A stretch of 64,000 nucleotides of DNA from Camelus ferus (Eukaryota), in the NCBI RefSeq assembly GCF_009834535.1, contig NC_045696.1:79796001-79860000 (forward strand), read 5' to 3'. The translations under genes and the position numbers were made by a program. This document shows positions 12,836-25,720 of this stretch, piece by piece; position 1 is the first letter of the stretch; every line of letters begins with the position of its first letter. The notes under the pieces were generated by a model, which saw nothing but the letters and a program-made list of their open reading frames with translations, was not told where the DNA came from and searched no databases.

Positions 12836-14254
12836 AGCAGTGAAGCCCATTTTCAAATAAAATTGTACATGCAACCATGAGCGATATTCAAAATATTTTA
12901 TAATCAACATAGCCAAATGACAACATAATCATAAAAAGGGCACACAATAACCTGAACAGATGCCTACAACCAATGGCTGAATATGAGTGCAATAAATTTA
13001 GGAAGGTAAAAAGGAACTGTTCTGAGGCTACTATGGAGGGCCTATGACTCACCCCAGTGGCCTGCCTGTCACATTCTTTTAGAAGAAGCTTGTTCCATTC
13101 TCATTTGCCCTCCCAACTCCCACCTCACTGAAACTGGGGTCTGATACTAAAGAAAATTTTAAAAACTCTCATAAAGCCACTTACTGTATTTATTAATGCA
13201 TGATCCAATGAAAGAGCTTATATTCCTTTCATTTTTACTTTTCATAAGTAACTGGAGATAAAAATATAGATTCATTCAAATCCCTTTAAAATATCTTTTG
13301 GTTAGACCTAATTTTAATATTTCTAGTATCATTTCATAAGAAAACCTGCCCTTGTACATTTCAGCTTGTAAATACATATACCTGCTGGGAAACACATATC
13401 TGTCCTTTATGGTCATTTACTGAATGTTCACAACTGTACACTTACAATTCCCCTTTAGCTCAAAATCACTTTTCTTTTTAAAACATTATGGAGAAGAGTA
13501 TCACATCCAAGAGGGAATTTGGCTTTAAACATTTATGATTCACTTATCTAAATAGTCACCAGGTAAACTGCACAGTGGGAAATTGGATGCTGTTCTTACT
13601 GGGAGAAAATCAGACAAAGATTAGAGGGAAGAGTGTAGGACAAGCCTAGCCATCATGAAAACTCATGTACCAGAGCCTCAATACATCAGTGCGTGAGCCA
13701 GTTAGTACCTTAATTTTTTTTTTTCAGAAAGTACGTGTGTTGGCTTACTCTATAAAGAAACATAGTGAAAATAAGAGCAAAGGAACACAAGTCAAAAAGG
13801 GAACCAAACAGGGAAGAGGCAGAGGAAGTAGGGTGGGAAATAAGAAATTCAATAATCAGAAAACCTAATCTGTGCTCTTTGCTACTCCAGAAGAGCACAA
13901 AGTAGTATTCTGTGTTTACCAGGAGCCAAGGTGAAAAGAGAAAAGGAACATTTACTGATTTTAAATAATACTGATCCATGAGAAGAGACAGTCTGTTTAT
14001 TACTACTGAGCTCTAAAAGAAATCTTTTACATAGAAATCTTTATTAGGAGTATCAATATCTTTTGAGGTCATTGATTTGGAACTGTAAGTATAATTTTAG
14101 GAGCATACAAAAGCAATGGCTCTGTTTTCATCTCAAAATGTATAACTTTGGAAGGTTTTTATCTTGCAGCATTTGCATGCTGAATATACTCTTAAGACTT
14201 ATAGTACCATCATATACATATTAATCTCTGGGAAAGTTTTATTTCATAATCCTA

Positions 14255-14450
14255 TGTCATTCCACAAATTTTTACTGTATGCCTGTTCTATGCCAGGCAC
14301 TGCATTAGGCTCTGGGAATGGAATCCGAGGCAGTCATGTTCTCTCCCTTCATGAGAATTCTAGTTCAGAAATGAAGAAGCAATGAAAACAAAATGTGGTG
14401 TGTGTTCCATTGAGGGGAAAATGAAATGCTACGACAATACGTGGCATCTG
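14255..14450 (-). mobile_element. L2 3' end
   Basis: tcattccacaaatttttactgtatgcctgttctatgccaggcactg. Confidence 0.7.
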
Positions 14451-14591
14451 ACAGCATCGAGAGCTGTGGTTCCCAGATTTTTTATTTCATGAATCAGTAC
14501 AATATTTTCAAAATAGGGATCAATATAGGTGGCCAATATTTTATTAGCCAAGAAAAGACATTTAAAAGAGAAAAAAAAAAAAAAGGAACTA

Positions 14592-14805
14592 CAATTGACC
14601 CTTGAACAACACTGATTTGAATTGCACAGGTCCACTTACATGCAAATGTTTTCCACAGATGTTTTTCACAGCACTATCTGGCCCACAGTTGGTTGAATCC
14701 ATGGATGAGGAACAGAGGGTATGGAGGGCTGACTGTAAAGCTATACATGGATCTTTGACAGTGTGGGGAGTTGGAGCCTCTAATCTGTTGTTCAAGAGTC
14801 AATTG
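14592..14805. mobile_element. Tigger2-derived MITE (TcMar-Tigger)
   Basis: Terminal inverted repeats caattgacccttgaacaac / gttgttcaagagtcaattg (18/19 complementary); TA on the left flank and CA on the right. Confidence 0.85.
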
Positions 14806-15199
14806 CACTGCCCTCTAACATCATTTCATTTAAAGGACATTTTAAATTAAAAATATAGGGAGATTATACTCTTAGAATAAAGGGCACACTTTCACCAAAA
14901 AAGACAGAATAGACAAAGACAATTATCAATCTCAACCTGAGCTATATATAATGTTTTAGCTACAGAAAAATTACAATAAACCCTGATTTTATTTGTAATT
15001 TGTAGAAATTGTTACAAAAAAGCACAGTGCTATGAAAGAAAGTATCAGCAGGGGCTATTTCAGGAAGAGAAAACAAGGAGCTCTCCTTAGAAAAGGTAGA
15101 ACATTTCAACTGCAGCCCAAGGGATGAGTGTAAGTCAAACATGCAAGGAGGAAAAATCCCCAAGCTTTCCCTGTCAGAAAAGTTTAACACTCTCCCCTC

Positions 15200-15585
15200 T
15201 GCATTAGTGTTTTATGGTTGCTGTAAAAAATGACCACAAACAACGCTATTATCAGTCTCACTGACTAAATGGGACTCGCTGGACTAAAATCAAGGCATTG
15301 GCAGGACTGCATTCCTTCTGGAGGCTCCACAGGAGCATCTGTTTCCTTGCCTTTCCAGCTTCTAGAGGCGGCCTGCATTCCTTGGCTCGTGGTGCCTTCC
15401 TTCATCTTCAGATCCACAATGCAGCATTTTTAAACCTCTCCTGACTTTGACATTGTCTCTTCCAGCCCGCTCTTCCACATTCAAAGAACCCTTGTGATTA
15501 TACAGAGCTCACCCAAATGATCCAGGCATAATCACTGTATCTTGAAGGCTGCCAATCAGCAACCTTACTTCCATCTGCAGCCTTA
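15200..15585 (-). mobile_element. MaLR solo LTR (MLT1C-like)
   Basis: aaaatcaaggcattggcaggactgcattccttctggaggctc...tttccagcttctagaggcggcctgcattccttggctc. Confidence 0.8.
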
Positions 15586-15614
15586 GTAAAGTGCTTCCTT
15601 CTCAAGTACTAGCT

Positions 15615-15993
15615 TGTGAAGAAAGGTGATGGGTATGAGATATTACTTGACTTGCAAGCTGACAGGATAGCCTGCCAGAGTTCATGGACGGCAGCAGAAG
15701 GCGCGAGACTCCTGAGTCACGGACAAAAGGCTCTGTTACTCATGGCACAGCAGTTAGAATGAACGTCATCACATTTGCGTCAGCTGCATCACCGGGGTGA
15801 CACAGATGAGGCCTGATGGATACCTACCCCCACCATGGATGGTGTGACAGGGGAAGAACCTCAAGTTTAGGGAACCTGAATCATTTCTAATGGGCAGTAA
15901 GGACGCCTTCCCTTTTTTCCAGAGGGAAACACTACCTCAAGGCTGTTCAATATACAAGTATCCTTAAAAATATAATTAAAAAGAATATGAAAA

Positions 15994-16030
<37 letters not shown>

Positions 16031-16196
16031 AATTGAAACATTATGCTGTACACCAGAAATTAACACAACACTGGAAACTAACTTTACTTCAATTTTTAAA
16101 AATTACAAAAAAGATAATCCAGAACAAACAATGGTTACTACCTTGCTTGCAAGAAGTACAGAAAAACCAGAGAACCTCAGAAAATTGTCCACAGTA
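15615..16196 (-). mobile_element. LTR40-family ERVL solo LTR, interrupted by a young L1 3' fragment
   Basis: Reverse-complement similarity to the LTR at 59873-60352 (acttgcaagctgacagg, tttagggaacctgaatc, aagataatccagaacaaa). Confidence 0.7.
15971..16110 (+). mobile_element. Young L1 3' fragment containing (AT)15
   Basis: aaagaatatgaaaatgaa(ta)n...gaaacattatgctgtacaccagaaattaacacaac. Confidence 0.85.
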
Positions 16197-17439
16197 TCCA
16201 TATTGACATATAGACATGCTGCATCTGCTTTTAATAACCTGGTCTATAGTATCTTAAATGTAGGGACTAATTCTTTGAAAAATTACTTGAAAAATCAATT
16301 AGTTTTAAGTTAAAAGATTGGATTTTCTCTTTTCAAATACCATTTTTTCAAATTTTTTACTTGTTCAGCTCATCCTCCATTTATTTACGCGCTGCATTTA
16401 GACATTTTTCTAGTGCCTACTCTGTTCCTTGTTATTCACCTAGCAGATAATTCCATATGAAAATATATTGATTTGGGGGTAATTTAATAAACAAATGACT
16501 AATGCAGAAAGACAGCTTGACAGTTCATAATGAGGAAATAAATATTAGTAAATTTACTAGTGAGAACCCTGCTACAAACAGGAAATTATGAAGAAAACCA
16601 GTTGCCAATATGACCCTAACGTGAAGTGCTGTTCTATGAAAACAGTGACTGAGAGAGGGCCTTCCCTAAGAAGTGAAGACAAACAACTTCATTTCTACAT
16701 ATTAAATCCAAGCCCATTCTGACAGCAAAAGATGGCTGAAAAGTTAGAGACCCATTAAAAAATTTTTTAAAAAGGTTACATCTGATATGAGAAGGATCAG
16801 CATTTATGAATTTGCTAATGCATCTATTCTCTCTTTTTCTGACATTCTTTTAAGTTAAAGCTACTGATTACATGTATTTCTAGTTTTCAGAGCAGAGAAG
16901 GGTACAAGGAAAATATTAGACTATCTAATGATAAAAATGAGCTAGGTCAGAAGAAAAAAGAAATGAACTACATTCTAGCCTCCATGTGCAGAAATGATGG
17001 GCATATCAATACGACATACCCTTTGAGCAACTTTTTCCCCAAGAGAGGTAATTCATAAGGGGAGTTGCCCATGTCCACCTGTCTTGTTGTCCTGAGACCA
17101 ACATTGCGATGACGTCAGACCCAGGGAAAGATGGCAGTCTTTATTCACAAAAGAGAGCTGTTCAGAAGCCAACTAGATGACATTTATACTCTACGTATGT
17201 AGTGATTACAATCTTGCCACTCATAATTTCTTATCCCATTAACGATTCTGAAAACCTGAAGTAAAGCACCACCCCTTCTTTTACCATATCCGTCTGCTTC
17301 AATAGATCATTGCTCTCAAGTTAAATTTATCAATTTGTACACTATGCTGACAAAAGGAGCACTTACAAATTGCCAAGGAGCATGACAAACTGCAGCAGCT
17401 TTCCTTGACAGGAAAAACGCTACAGCAATTCAGTGGGAG

Positions 17440-17610
17440 GCCGTTAGGAAGTGCAATCAGAAAAACCTGCGTTTTAAATCTGGCTCCTTCCCCATCGCAG
17501 CTCTGTGAGCATTAAGCCTCAGTTTCCTCATCTGCAAAGAAAGGATGAAAGTGTGCTGCCCTGTCTCTGATCTCAGGGTGACATGATGTGGTGTTTGTGG
17601 AAGCACCTTA
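17440..17610 (+). mobile_element. MIR SINE
   Basis: aagcctcagtttcctcatctgcaaa core. Confidence 0.75.
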
Positions 17611-18464
17611 ACTCATAAGCATAAGGCTTTCTCTCTTTTTTTTTATTCTGGATTTCATTCTCTTTGTTTTATTTTTGTTTTGAAATTTTCTTTGAGGGAG
17701 TTCTTCAGCACCTGTTAACAACAGGATTTCTAGTAAGCAGCACAGTTGAAAAATAAGGAGTGTGATTACAATCCCCAATTTATGACCTGCTGAGGTCAGA
17801 AATCTCCAAGCAGGTCTCACAATCCGAGCTCTGCCATGCAGAAAGGGCTGCACGTGTTGAGTCCAGGAAGAGCAATGTATTGGCACCTTCCCATTTCCTA
17901 CTGCCTGGTGTCCCAGTCCCTTCCCTCCTGCTCATCATCGTCCCCTTAGTGCCTGTCTCACTCTTGACTGCAACAAGGCTCACTACACTATACCCCTGAC
18001 AGTGACAGCTCCCCATCCTTGCCTTTCACGTCCTGACACAAACTGCCACCACCATTTCTTAAGGTCCCCTAAATTCCCAGCCTCCCCTCTTCAGAGCTTC
18101 CGCTGGCTCGCTTCCTGCAGAAACTAATGGGCCCTCCCCTCCTCTTCCCTGACGGCTGTCACTGATACAGGCAATCACGCTCTCCATCTCAGCTGTTAAC
18201 TCCGTGGCCTCCTCTGCCTCCCAGTTCTTTCCTGAAGCTTCCTTTCGGGTATTAATTTCCTCAGTCCTCCACAGATAAGAACATTTCAATAGCTAAGCTA
18301 AATTTGCAGGGGACAGCTGATGTGGTCTCCATCAACAGCTCTGACCAGGAGAAGCATTTAGTCTGAGTTCACTGAAATCTGCCTTCCTGAATGTGACATC
18401 CTCTGGTAATACTCTCTCCCATCAGGACATCACAATAGCTTCCACGGTCACTAGCCTGTCCAGT

Positions 18465-18556
18465 ACTATTTATCTCTGCTTCCCCAGCATCAAGTACAGG
18501 CTCCTAAAACAGCAGGCTCTTAAGAAACAGTTGTTGACTGACTGAATGAATGAATG
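18465..18556 (+). mobile_element. L2 3' terminus
   Basis: ccccagcatcaagtacagg...ttgttgactgactgaatgaatgaatg tail. Confidence 0.7.
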
Positions 18557-18999
18557 TGGTCTCCTCCACAGGAGCGCGCTTTGTACCTAAGACATGTATG
18601 AAGTAATAATCTGGGTCTTTCTTCTCCAGGCTGGAAGTCCTTAGCTTTCATAGGGGAAGTTTCAATTTCAAGTTACATTCCCCTTCCTCTGGGCTTTCTC
18701 TAGTGTTTCTAAATTCATCTCGGTAAACATCAAAACATATAAATTACATTTAAATATCCATTTTATGTATATAGCTGTGTATAAGCATGTGTGTGTGAGT
18801 ATAAAATTCAGTTAATCTACTTTTCTAAATAAATAAAGTTACATCAACATATAGAGCAGAGTAAACAAAAACTAATTAAAAGAAGTCTCTTAACTTTTAA
18901 AAATGTACTTTGGCACTGAGCATCTACTCACAGCTAAGTGGTTTTATTTAGTATAATTAAGTTAATTTTTAGTTTAGGGCAGAGGTTTTGTTATAATAT

Positions 19000-19345
19000 C
19001 CTAAAACTGTTTTTAAAAGAAAAATTTGAACCACAGTTCTAGCACCCTGCTGCAGCTGCTGTCATTTTTGTTTTTCTGTATCTTGTTCGTATACGAAAAT
19101 AACTGTTACTGTAAATACATGCTATACATTTTACATTGCACTTTTGTCACTTAAAATTCCATTGCACATATTTTTTATATTATCATTAATTTTTATTATT
19201 ATAATTTCATTGGCTTACAGTACTTCATTAATTTGATATACCATAACCATTCCACAATTAACACTGATTTCAAATGTTTCCAGTTTTCTTTCTTATAGAA
19301 AATGCTGTTAGGAATATTGCATAGATACAGATTTTTTTCCTAATT
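19000..19345 (-). mobile_element. Old L1ME 3' fragment
   Basis: tacttcattaatttgatataccataaccattcc...tgtttccagttttc. Confidence 0.55.
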
Positions 19346-19604
19346 ATCTAGTCATATTTTAAAATATTCCCTTCTCTCTGTTACCATCTGAAAGGATGTT
19401 TCAGTTTCTGTGTGTATGAGTTTTGGTTATATGCATGCTATTTATTTCCAGTTTTATATCAATGCAGTAAAAAAAGTTGAAGCTTATAAACCTTTGAATT
19501 TTAATTAAAATTATTTATTAAGCCCTAAAACATTGTAATTTTTATAAATTTTACAGATATACTTTAAAAGGTATAGTCCCTTTTTAAAATGATTGGCATT
19601 GTTT

Positions 19605-20560
19605 CCTTCCAAAAATATTTATAAGTACCTAACTGATGACAGGCACTATGCTAGGAGCCTAGGATGCAAGAATTAACAAGGCATATTCCTGCCCTTATAG
19701 CGTTTAACGTATAGCAAGAAATAAAGAAAGAATACACTGTGGTTTATTTATGATTGGATGTTTCAAGGCACTATTACCCTTAAATCCAGGCAAAAAGGGT
19801 CCTTAGCCTTGGCCCCAGTTTTCAGAGGACCCCACTCTGTGGGCACTCTCTTCCCCAAGCTGTGACCCTCTTCACTAGACAAAGAGACAGCAGACATCTG
19901 TGGGGCATCCTGGACATGCCCATCTGGAGCCCACAACCCTCTCTCTAGATAGCAGGGATGCCAGCATCCCCTGCTCAGATGGTTCAAACCCACTCTTAGG
20001 GCCAGAGCAGACTTCTCCAGGTCGACGTGATGAATGTGGAGCTTGTGCTTCTGTGTCCACTAATGGACATGCAAAACATAAATGCTTGGGGAGGGTTGTA
20101 ACAGGGTTTGAAATGTGTGGTCTGGGTTGTCCACACACAGGCAGAAGCAGCCCTGTGCAGTTCTGGCTGGGGGCAAGAGTGGGACAGGAAGGAAGAGGCC
20201 ACAGACTAAGAAGAAGGGGCTTAGGCCACTTCTCCCCAAAATCATGTTCTAACTCAGAATTCTGAAGATTCTGAAAAGTCTAATTGGAACCTAGTTTTCC
20301 AGGTGCTTGTGAGGATATATTTGTCAAGGTGGGAGGGTGGAACACATTTTATTTAATGGTTTGTTAGCTTGATTTACAGTTTTAAAATATTTAGACATAT
20401 GGGATGCAGGCCTTCATTTGTATTCTTGCCCCAGGCCTTGCAAATGTTGGGGCAGGCCTGGTCCAAGGTGCTACAAGAACACCTAACAGGAAGATCTAAA
20501 CTTATATGGCAGTGTCATAGGAGGCCTCTCACAATAAATCACAGTTTAGCAGAGTAGGCT
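19605..20560 (-). mobile_element. L2 3' end split by MER115
   Basis: aaatatttataagtacctaactgatgacaggcactatgctagg; resumes after 20468 as tgctacaagaacacctaacaggaag. Confidence 0.65.
19769..20460 (-). mobile_element. MER115-like hAT-Tip100 DNA transposon, full length
   Basis: ~690 bp and GC-richer than its surroundings; ends ttgtattcttgccccaggccttgcaaatgttggggcaggcctg; degenerate 8-bp TSD tttcaagg/gtccaagg. Confidence 0.8.
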
Positions 20561-20579
20561 CAGCCACGGGATATTCCAC

Positions 20580-20860
20580 TTATGTAACCACTACGTATAT
20601 AGGCTAAGGTGGAAAAGTCATGTGCTCATCTTAAAAAATGTGAAAAATGTATTTGATGGAATTCAAGAAACAGTCATGTTCAAATTAACACTTAATATTC
20701 TAGAATAACAGCACAGTCAGTATAATAAATGCTATCTACATGAAACTGACATTACATAGAAATGTTAAGTTCTAGCAGTGTTCCCTTTAAATTTAACTGA
20801 AAATAAGAATGCAACCATCACTCATTTAACATGGATCTTAAATTTCTGGCCAGTTCATTT
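20580..20860 (+). mobile_element. L1M ORF2 (RT) fragment
   Basis: tcatgtgctcatcttaaaaaatgtgaaaaatgtatttgatggaattcaa resembles the HMIISIDAEKAFDKIQ-coding region. Confidence 0.6.
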
Positions 20861-22679
20861 TGGCAGATGTTAATTTCTTGTCCCTTTTCTGGTGGTTGAA
20901 TGAACAGTTTTAAGTGAGAAGAACTGTGTTGTCATTTACTCTGCCACTTTTTCAAAGTCCTTTACCCTTTTCTGGTTTGTCATCCATGTGGCTGGTCTCT
21001 ACCCCTTCTTGAAGGCATGAGTTCCACAAAATTACTACCTGCTCCTTAAAATACACTTCTATTTATTTCAAATTTTCCTCTTTCAAGATTCAATGGAAAC
21101 CTCCATTTTCCTCCTTATGATTTTGTATTTGTTTGGTCAACCATCGCCTGGAGCTGCTGTTTAGACCAGGAAGCGACTCATTATTCTCCCAAATGGTTCC
21201 CATGTCTCAGTTATTAATCTGCATCAGCTGGAGGCAAATAGCATTCCTTATACCCTCCAGTCTTAACACATAATCAGGAACTTGGCACAGGACAAGAGTG
21301 GTGGTGGAAGTCTGGCCTGGCTGACTATGAAGAGCAAGCAGTTAATTGAATAGAAACAAGTCATGTGGCATTTTTAATTTGAGTAAGAATACAAGTCTAT
21401 TTTAAAGTTGTTTGCCTGGTCACTGCCAGGCATCTGTTAGCTGCTGTGTTTGCAGATTCATTTTCTCTCTCCCTCTCTCCCTTTCTCTCTCTCGTATTTC
21501 TAAGCTAGAAATTACCAGATAAGCTTTTTGATTTTTGATATTTAACAAAAGATTGTTATTAAACAACGACCAATGGAAAGACAAGACATCATTAGGAAGC
21601 TGCAGTTTTGGTGTTGCTTCCCTGCCCCTTCCCAGATTTTATAATAGAACACATGAGAACTGGGATGCTGCCTGCTCTCAAAGCACCTTTGCAGAGAAAT
21701 TACCTCATTCTAAGCTTGTGTAAGAGATAATAATTCTTTTCTTCCCAACAGTTTAGGGCCCATGGTAAGTTTTTGGACATCAAGCATATTTATGCAGAAC
21801 TCTCCTACTTTAAATAGAAGGCAGGGCTTTAAGACGTGTGCTTCTGATCATCCCTGCAGCACCATTTTATAAGTTCATAAATCGGGGAATCCATTCAGAA
21901 TTTGTCTAGGGGCACTCTGTTCACCTAAATTTAAACTCTTGGCAAGATCAAAAATTGCCTTAAACTGATTCTCCCATTATTCATCAACTTCTATTTTTAT
22001 AACAAAGGTGATCCCCAAGATACTATTTCCAAAAAATAACAAAATCCCCTGTACGTCTCCACGGGGCCTCACTTCCCATCACCCACATCCCTCCTTTCTT
22101 CTCCAACCCCATTAGCACCCACAGCTCTAGGTCTCGGTGAGAACAATCCAGTGACAAGTGAAGGGCACTGAGGCAGATTCACCTAGCATTTTGTAGTTGC
22201 AGCATGAGAACCCCATTCTCAGTTTCTCCTCCTGGAAGGAGAGGGCTTCGTTCAGCTCTGCAGTGCGCTCACATGATTTCTATCTTTCCAGCCTTTGACT
22301 TATTTCCAGTCTCTAACTACCTGATCCTCTGAGGAATTTCTTGACTGACCCCTCCCTTCTGCAGAGTACTTCAGTGGATCCTGGTAAAAGGATCTGCCTT
22401 GGGGCTAGAGAATCTCCTACCTTAGGGTGCTGCCAAAATGCAAGTCTTGTGTCCAGTCCCCCTAACCCCCAGACTTCTGTTCTAGAAAATCAGGTTGCAT
22501 ACAGCCTTACACACTGAGTAATGAAAAGGAAGAAAAGTAAAATCGCAAATAATCTCATGACTCAACAATAAACACTGTTGATATTTTAGGATATGGTATG
22601 GCATGCATGATATGGTGGGGTGGGGTGGGGTGTGGTATAGTACAGAAGACATAATACATGAGGCAGAATTATACGAAAC

Positions 22680-22754
22680 AATGATTCATTTGTTTATATA
22701 AAATTCAATAGTAACTAGGTCTCATGTATTTTTATGCTAAGTCTGGCAACCCTA
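22680..22754. mobile_element. MER53-like hAT fragment
   Basis: ttcatttgtttatataaaattcaa...tgtattttt...tctggcaacccta terminus. Confidence 0.55.
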
Positions 22755-24419
22755 TTACAGCTCTAATCCCAACAGGCTTGTTTTCCTTTATATATATCCT
22801 CACCAGTAATCCCCATTTTCAAAAGTTGAGAACCATTAAAATAGCGTTTTGGGAATAATTTGGCCCAGGACATTGATAATATTTTGCTACTCATACACTA
22901 GGTGGAAAAACTGTTTCCTTTATTGATTAGTAGTATGTTAATGAAGAAAATGAGAGAGATTTTTGAGTTATTGATTGGCAGTTACAGCTTCAATATGTAC
23001 TAACTGGTTGATTGCTGTGTATCAATTATTTCTGTTGACTCTGAATGCTAAGTGATGAAAGACTTTTATTTAAAAGTAAATAAAAGATGAAGTTGCCAGG
23101 CTAATATCATACAAAGAAGAAATAAAGTAAATTCATGTGGAAAAGATATAATAATATCATTGTTTTTTCTTCCTTAATGCATGAAAAGGAAATGTGAGAA
23201 ACCCAAGCTTTGTAACCCCCTACAAAGGATCATTTTATCAATGATCACGGGGTTTTGTTTTAGGGAAAGAGGCTGGAGATTGTTCTATTAATTTTTAATT
23301 TTTTGCTTATTTTTAAATAAGGAGCTTATCATGGATATGTTTTTTTCTTTTTTATGTTCTCCATAATACTGTCAACAATGCACTCCCTGAACCTGGAAGT
23401 GATTTCAAGTCATAATGAGGACTGCACACAAGATATTTGTGACTTGTCAAGCTCACAAGAAATACAGAGGATTGCACCTGAACCTCTGCCCTATCTGTAT
23501 CAGCTCACTGTCAATCTTTTGACAGTATCATATTTTCAGACAGTAATTTTATAAATTTGGGCACCTAGAGAAATTCTTTAACAGTCTAAAACATTTTCAG
23601 GGTGACATTAACAATAGACATTTTTAGGTATCACATGCAGGCAATAATTGCAAAATGAGTTTGTACTGCAAACCTTTCCAAGTTCTTGTAATTAATATAA
23701 CCATAATAGATGGAAAATAAAGGCAAGGAGATTTCCTTCTTCACATCCTCAGACCTATTCACTCCTATTCGTCATCACCAAGGACTAGTGTGAAAGATAG
23801 CCAGAAAGGTTGAGCACTGGAGAGTCTGCAGATGCTCAATGGGTGTTTTTGGAAAATGACACGGCATCCAGGCTGACAAGGAGCCTGAAGGAAGATCTAC
23901 AATACTAATTAGGGGGAAAGTAATTCTCATTCATCTGGCTTGTTCTGATATCACTTCTTGGCAGTAAAAAGAGACTAAGATAATGTGCAAATCTGACAAC
24001 TGGGAAGTCGATGAGTTAAAGTAGATACTTGATATCATCTCTCCTTTCTGGTCATCTGGCGTCTGTGCTATTTTGAATATTATTTTCAGTGCTGAAATGA
24101 TTTTACATGGTCAGAATCACTCAGGTACAGTCCACAGTGGATATGATACAGCAACAACTAAAATCAGAATCAGTGCATGTTTCTAGTTGGTTCAGTCTAA
24201 AAAATATATTTAAACAACTGTTACGTTTTTATCCAAAGAATTACTCATCCTAAAAATATGATGCTTTTAACTCTTTTTTGCTCAGTACATTTGTTCTTTT
24301 AACTTTGCCGTGACTGACAAGGGCAAGATTCCTATAGAAAGATATATACATTTCCTGTCTGGGACCCAGTACTATTGTACCAGCACTGTGGTAGCCAGTA
24401 TTTAAATATTAGATTTAAA

Positions 24420-24660
24420 AGGTAGTGGTTAAGGGAATACCCTCTGGACTCTGAGTTATGTGCATTCAAATCCAGGCCACGTTGTTTACTATAGCTCTGT
24501 CACCTTGAGAAGGTTATTTAAACTGCCAAAGCCTGAATTTATCTGTAAAATGAAAATAATAAAGTGAAAATAAAATTGTATCTACCTCATAAGGTAATAC
24601 AACTAAAGGGCTTAGCACAATTCATGGCATATGTTAGTCAAATAATTTCATCTATTACTA
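24420..24660 (+). mobile_element. MIR SINE
   Basis: tagtggttaaggg...ttcaaatccagg...atctgtaaaatg...ctacctcataagg. Confidence 0.75.
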
Positions 24661-25514
24661 TAAGAAATACTATTAACAAATTTAAGTTACAGTATAATTC
24701 TCTATAGAAGGTTATAATTATCACAGTTCCTCATGGATTTTCTCCCCTCACATATGACTAGCTGAAATATTGAGGTAGAAATATTTTTTTCCCTCATTTT
24801 CTCCTGGGGGTCCTGCTGTTAGCAGCGTATAGGCAGTCAGGAGATAGGAAGTGATGTCTTCATGTTAAACCTCTATTTCCCAAGCAAGGTCAATATAGAA
24901 ACTCAATTCCTATTTGTCTGGGTGAATCTTTCCCTTTCTTTCAGAAATGGAGACCATTTTCACAGAGCCTTTAGGAGACTCTGATACGAGGGTATTAGTT
25001 GGTGAGAGGGAAAGTAATTGTTCCCTTCTTGTGCACTTGGACTGAGAGACATCAAAGTAAGTTATCACCTGTTTTCACATCCCTTGAAATCCTGATTAGT
25101 TCTCTAGCAAATGTACTCTTTTCTATTATGTCTCACCACCAGCCCTGGGAAACAGCATGCCTGCTTTTACACTGAAACTTCACTGGTTGTGATTTAAATA
25201 AGTTTTATCCTTGTATGGAGCAATGACTTGCATGTACTATAAAAACTTACTTTTCTCTGCACAGATCCATAAATACTGCTTTAAAGTCCCCTTCAGGAAT
25301 TCAGATCCACCTATCATTGCTTTTATGACTCTTTTCCCCTACAATATTTAAATTTGAAAATGATACTTTTTTTTTTAACTCCCACTCTTCCTACTATTTA
25401 CAACTAAAGTCATGAGAGAGAGATGAAGTCTAATTTATAATATGAACTATGTACACTTGAAATTAGAAAACAAACCTTGTGAACAAAACATTTTAGAAAG
25501 AAATGTACAAAGAT

Positions 25515-25720
25515 AAGGAGAAAAACTGAATTTGAAATCAGAAGTTACGTTTAGTTCCCTTCTCAGCTATTTATGAACTGTGTGACCTTGGGCAGGTCAC
25601 TAGATTTCTCAGATTCTCAGTTTTATTACCCACAAAATGAGAGTCAGTGGCTGCATGACCCGCCTATTAGAGCTTCAGTGAAGAGAAAATAAGATAATGT
25701 GTAAAAGGATTATATAAATT
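25515..25720 (+). mobile_element. MIR SINE
   Basis: ctgtgtgaccttgggcaggtcactagatttctc...ctcagtttt. Confidence 0.75.

Noticed and set aside
19763..20265. Cluster of overlapping ORFs (up to 121 aa) in a GC-richer segment
   Set aside because: Inside the non-coding MER115-like element; not a CpG island or exon.
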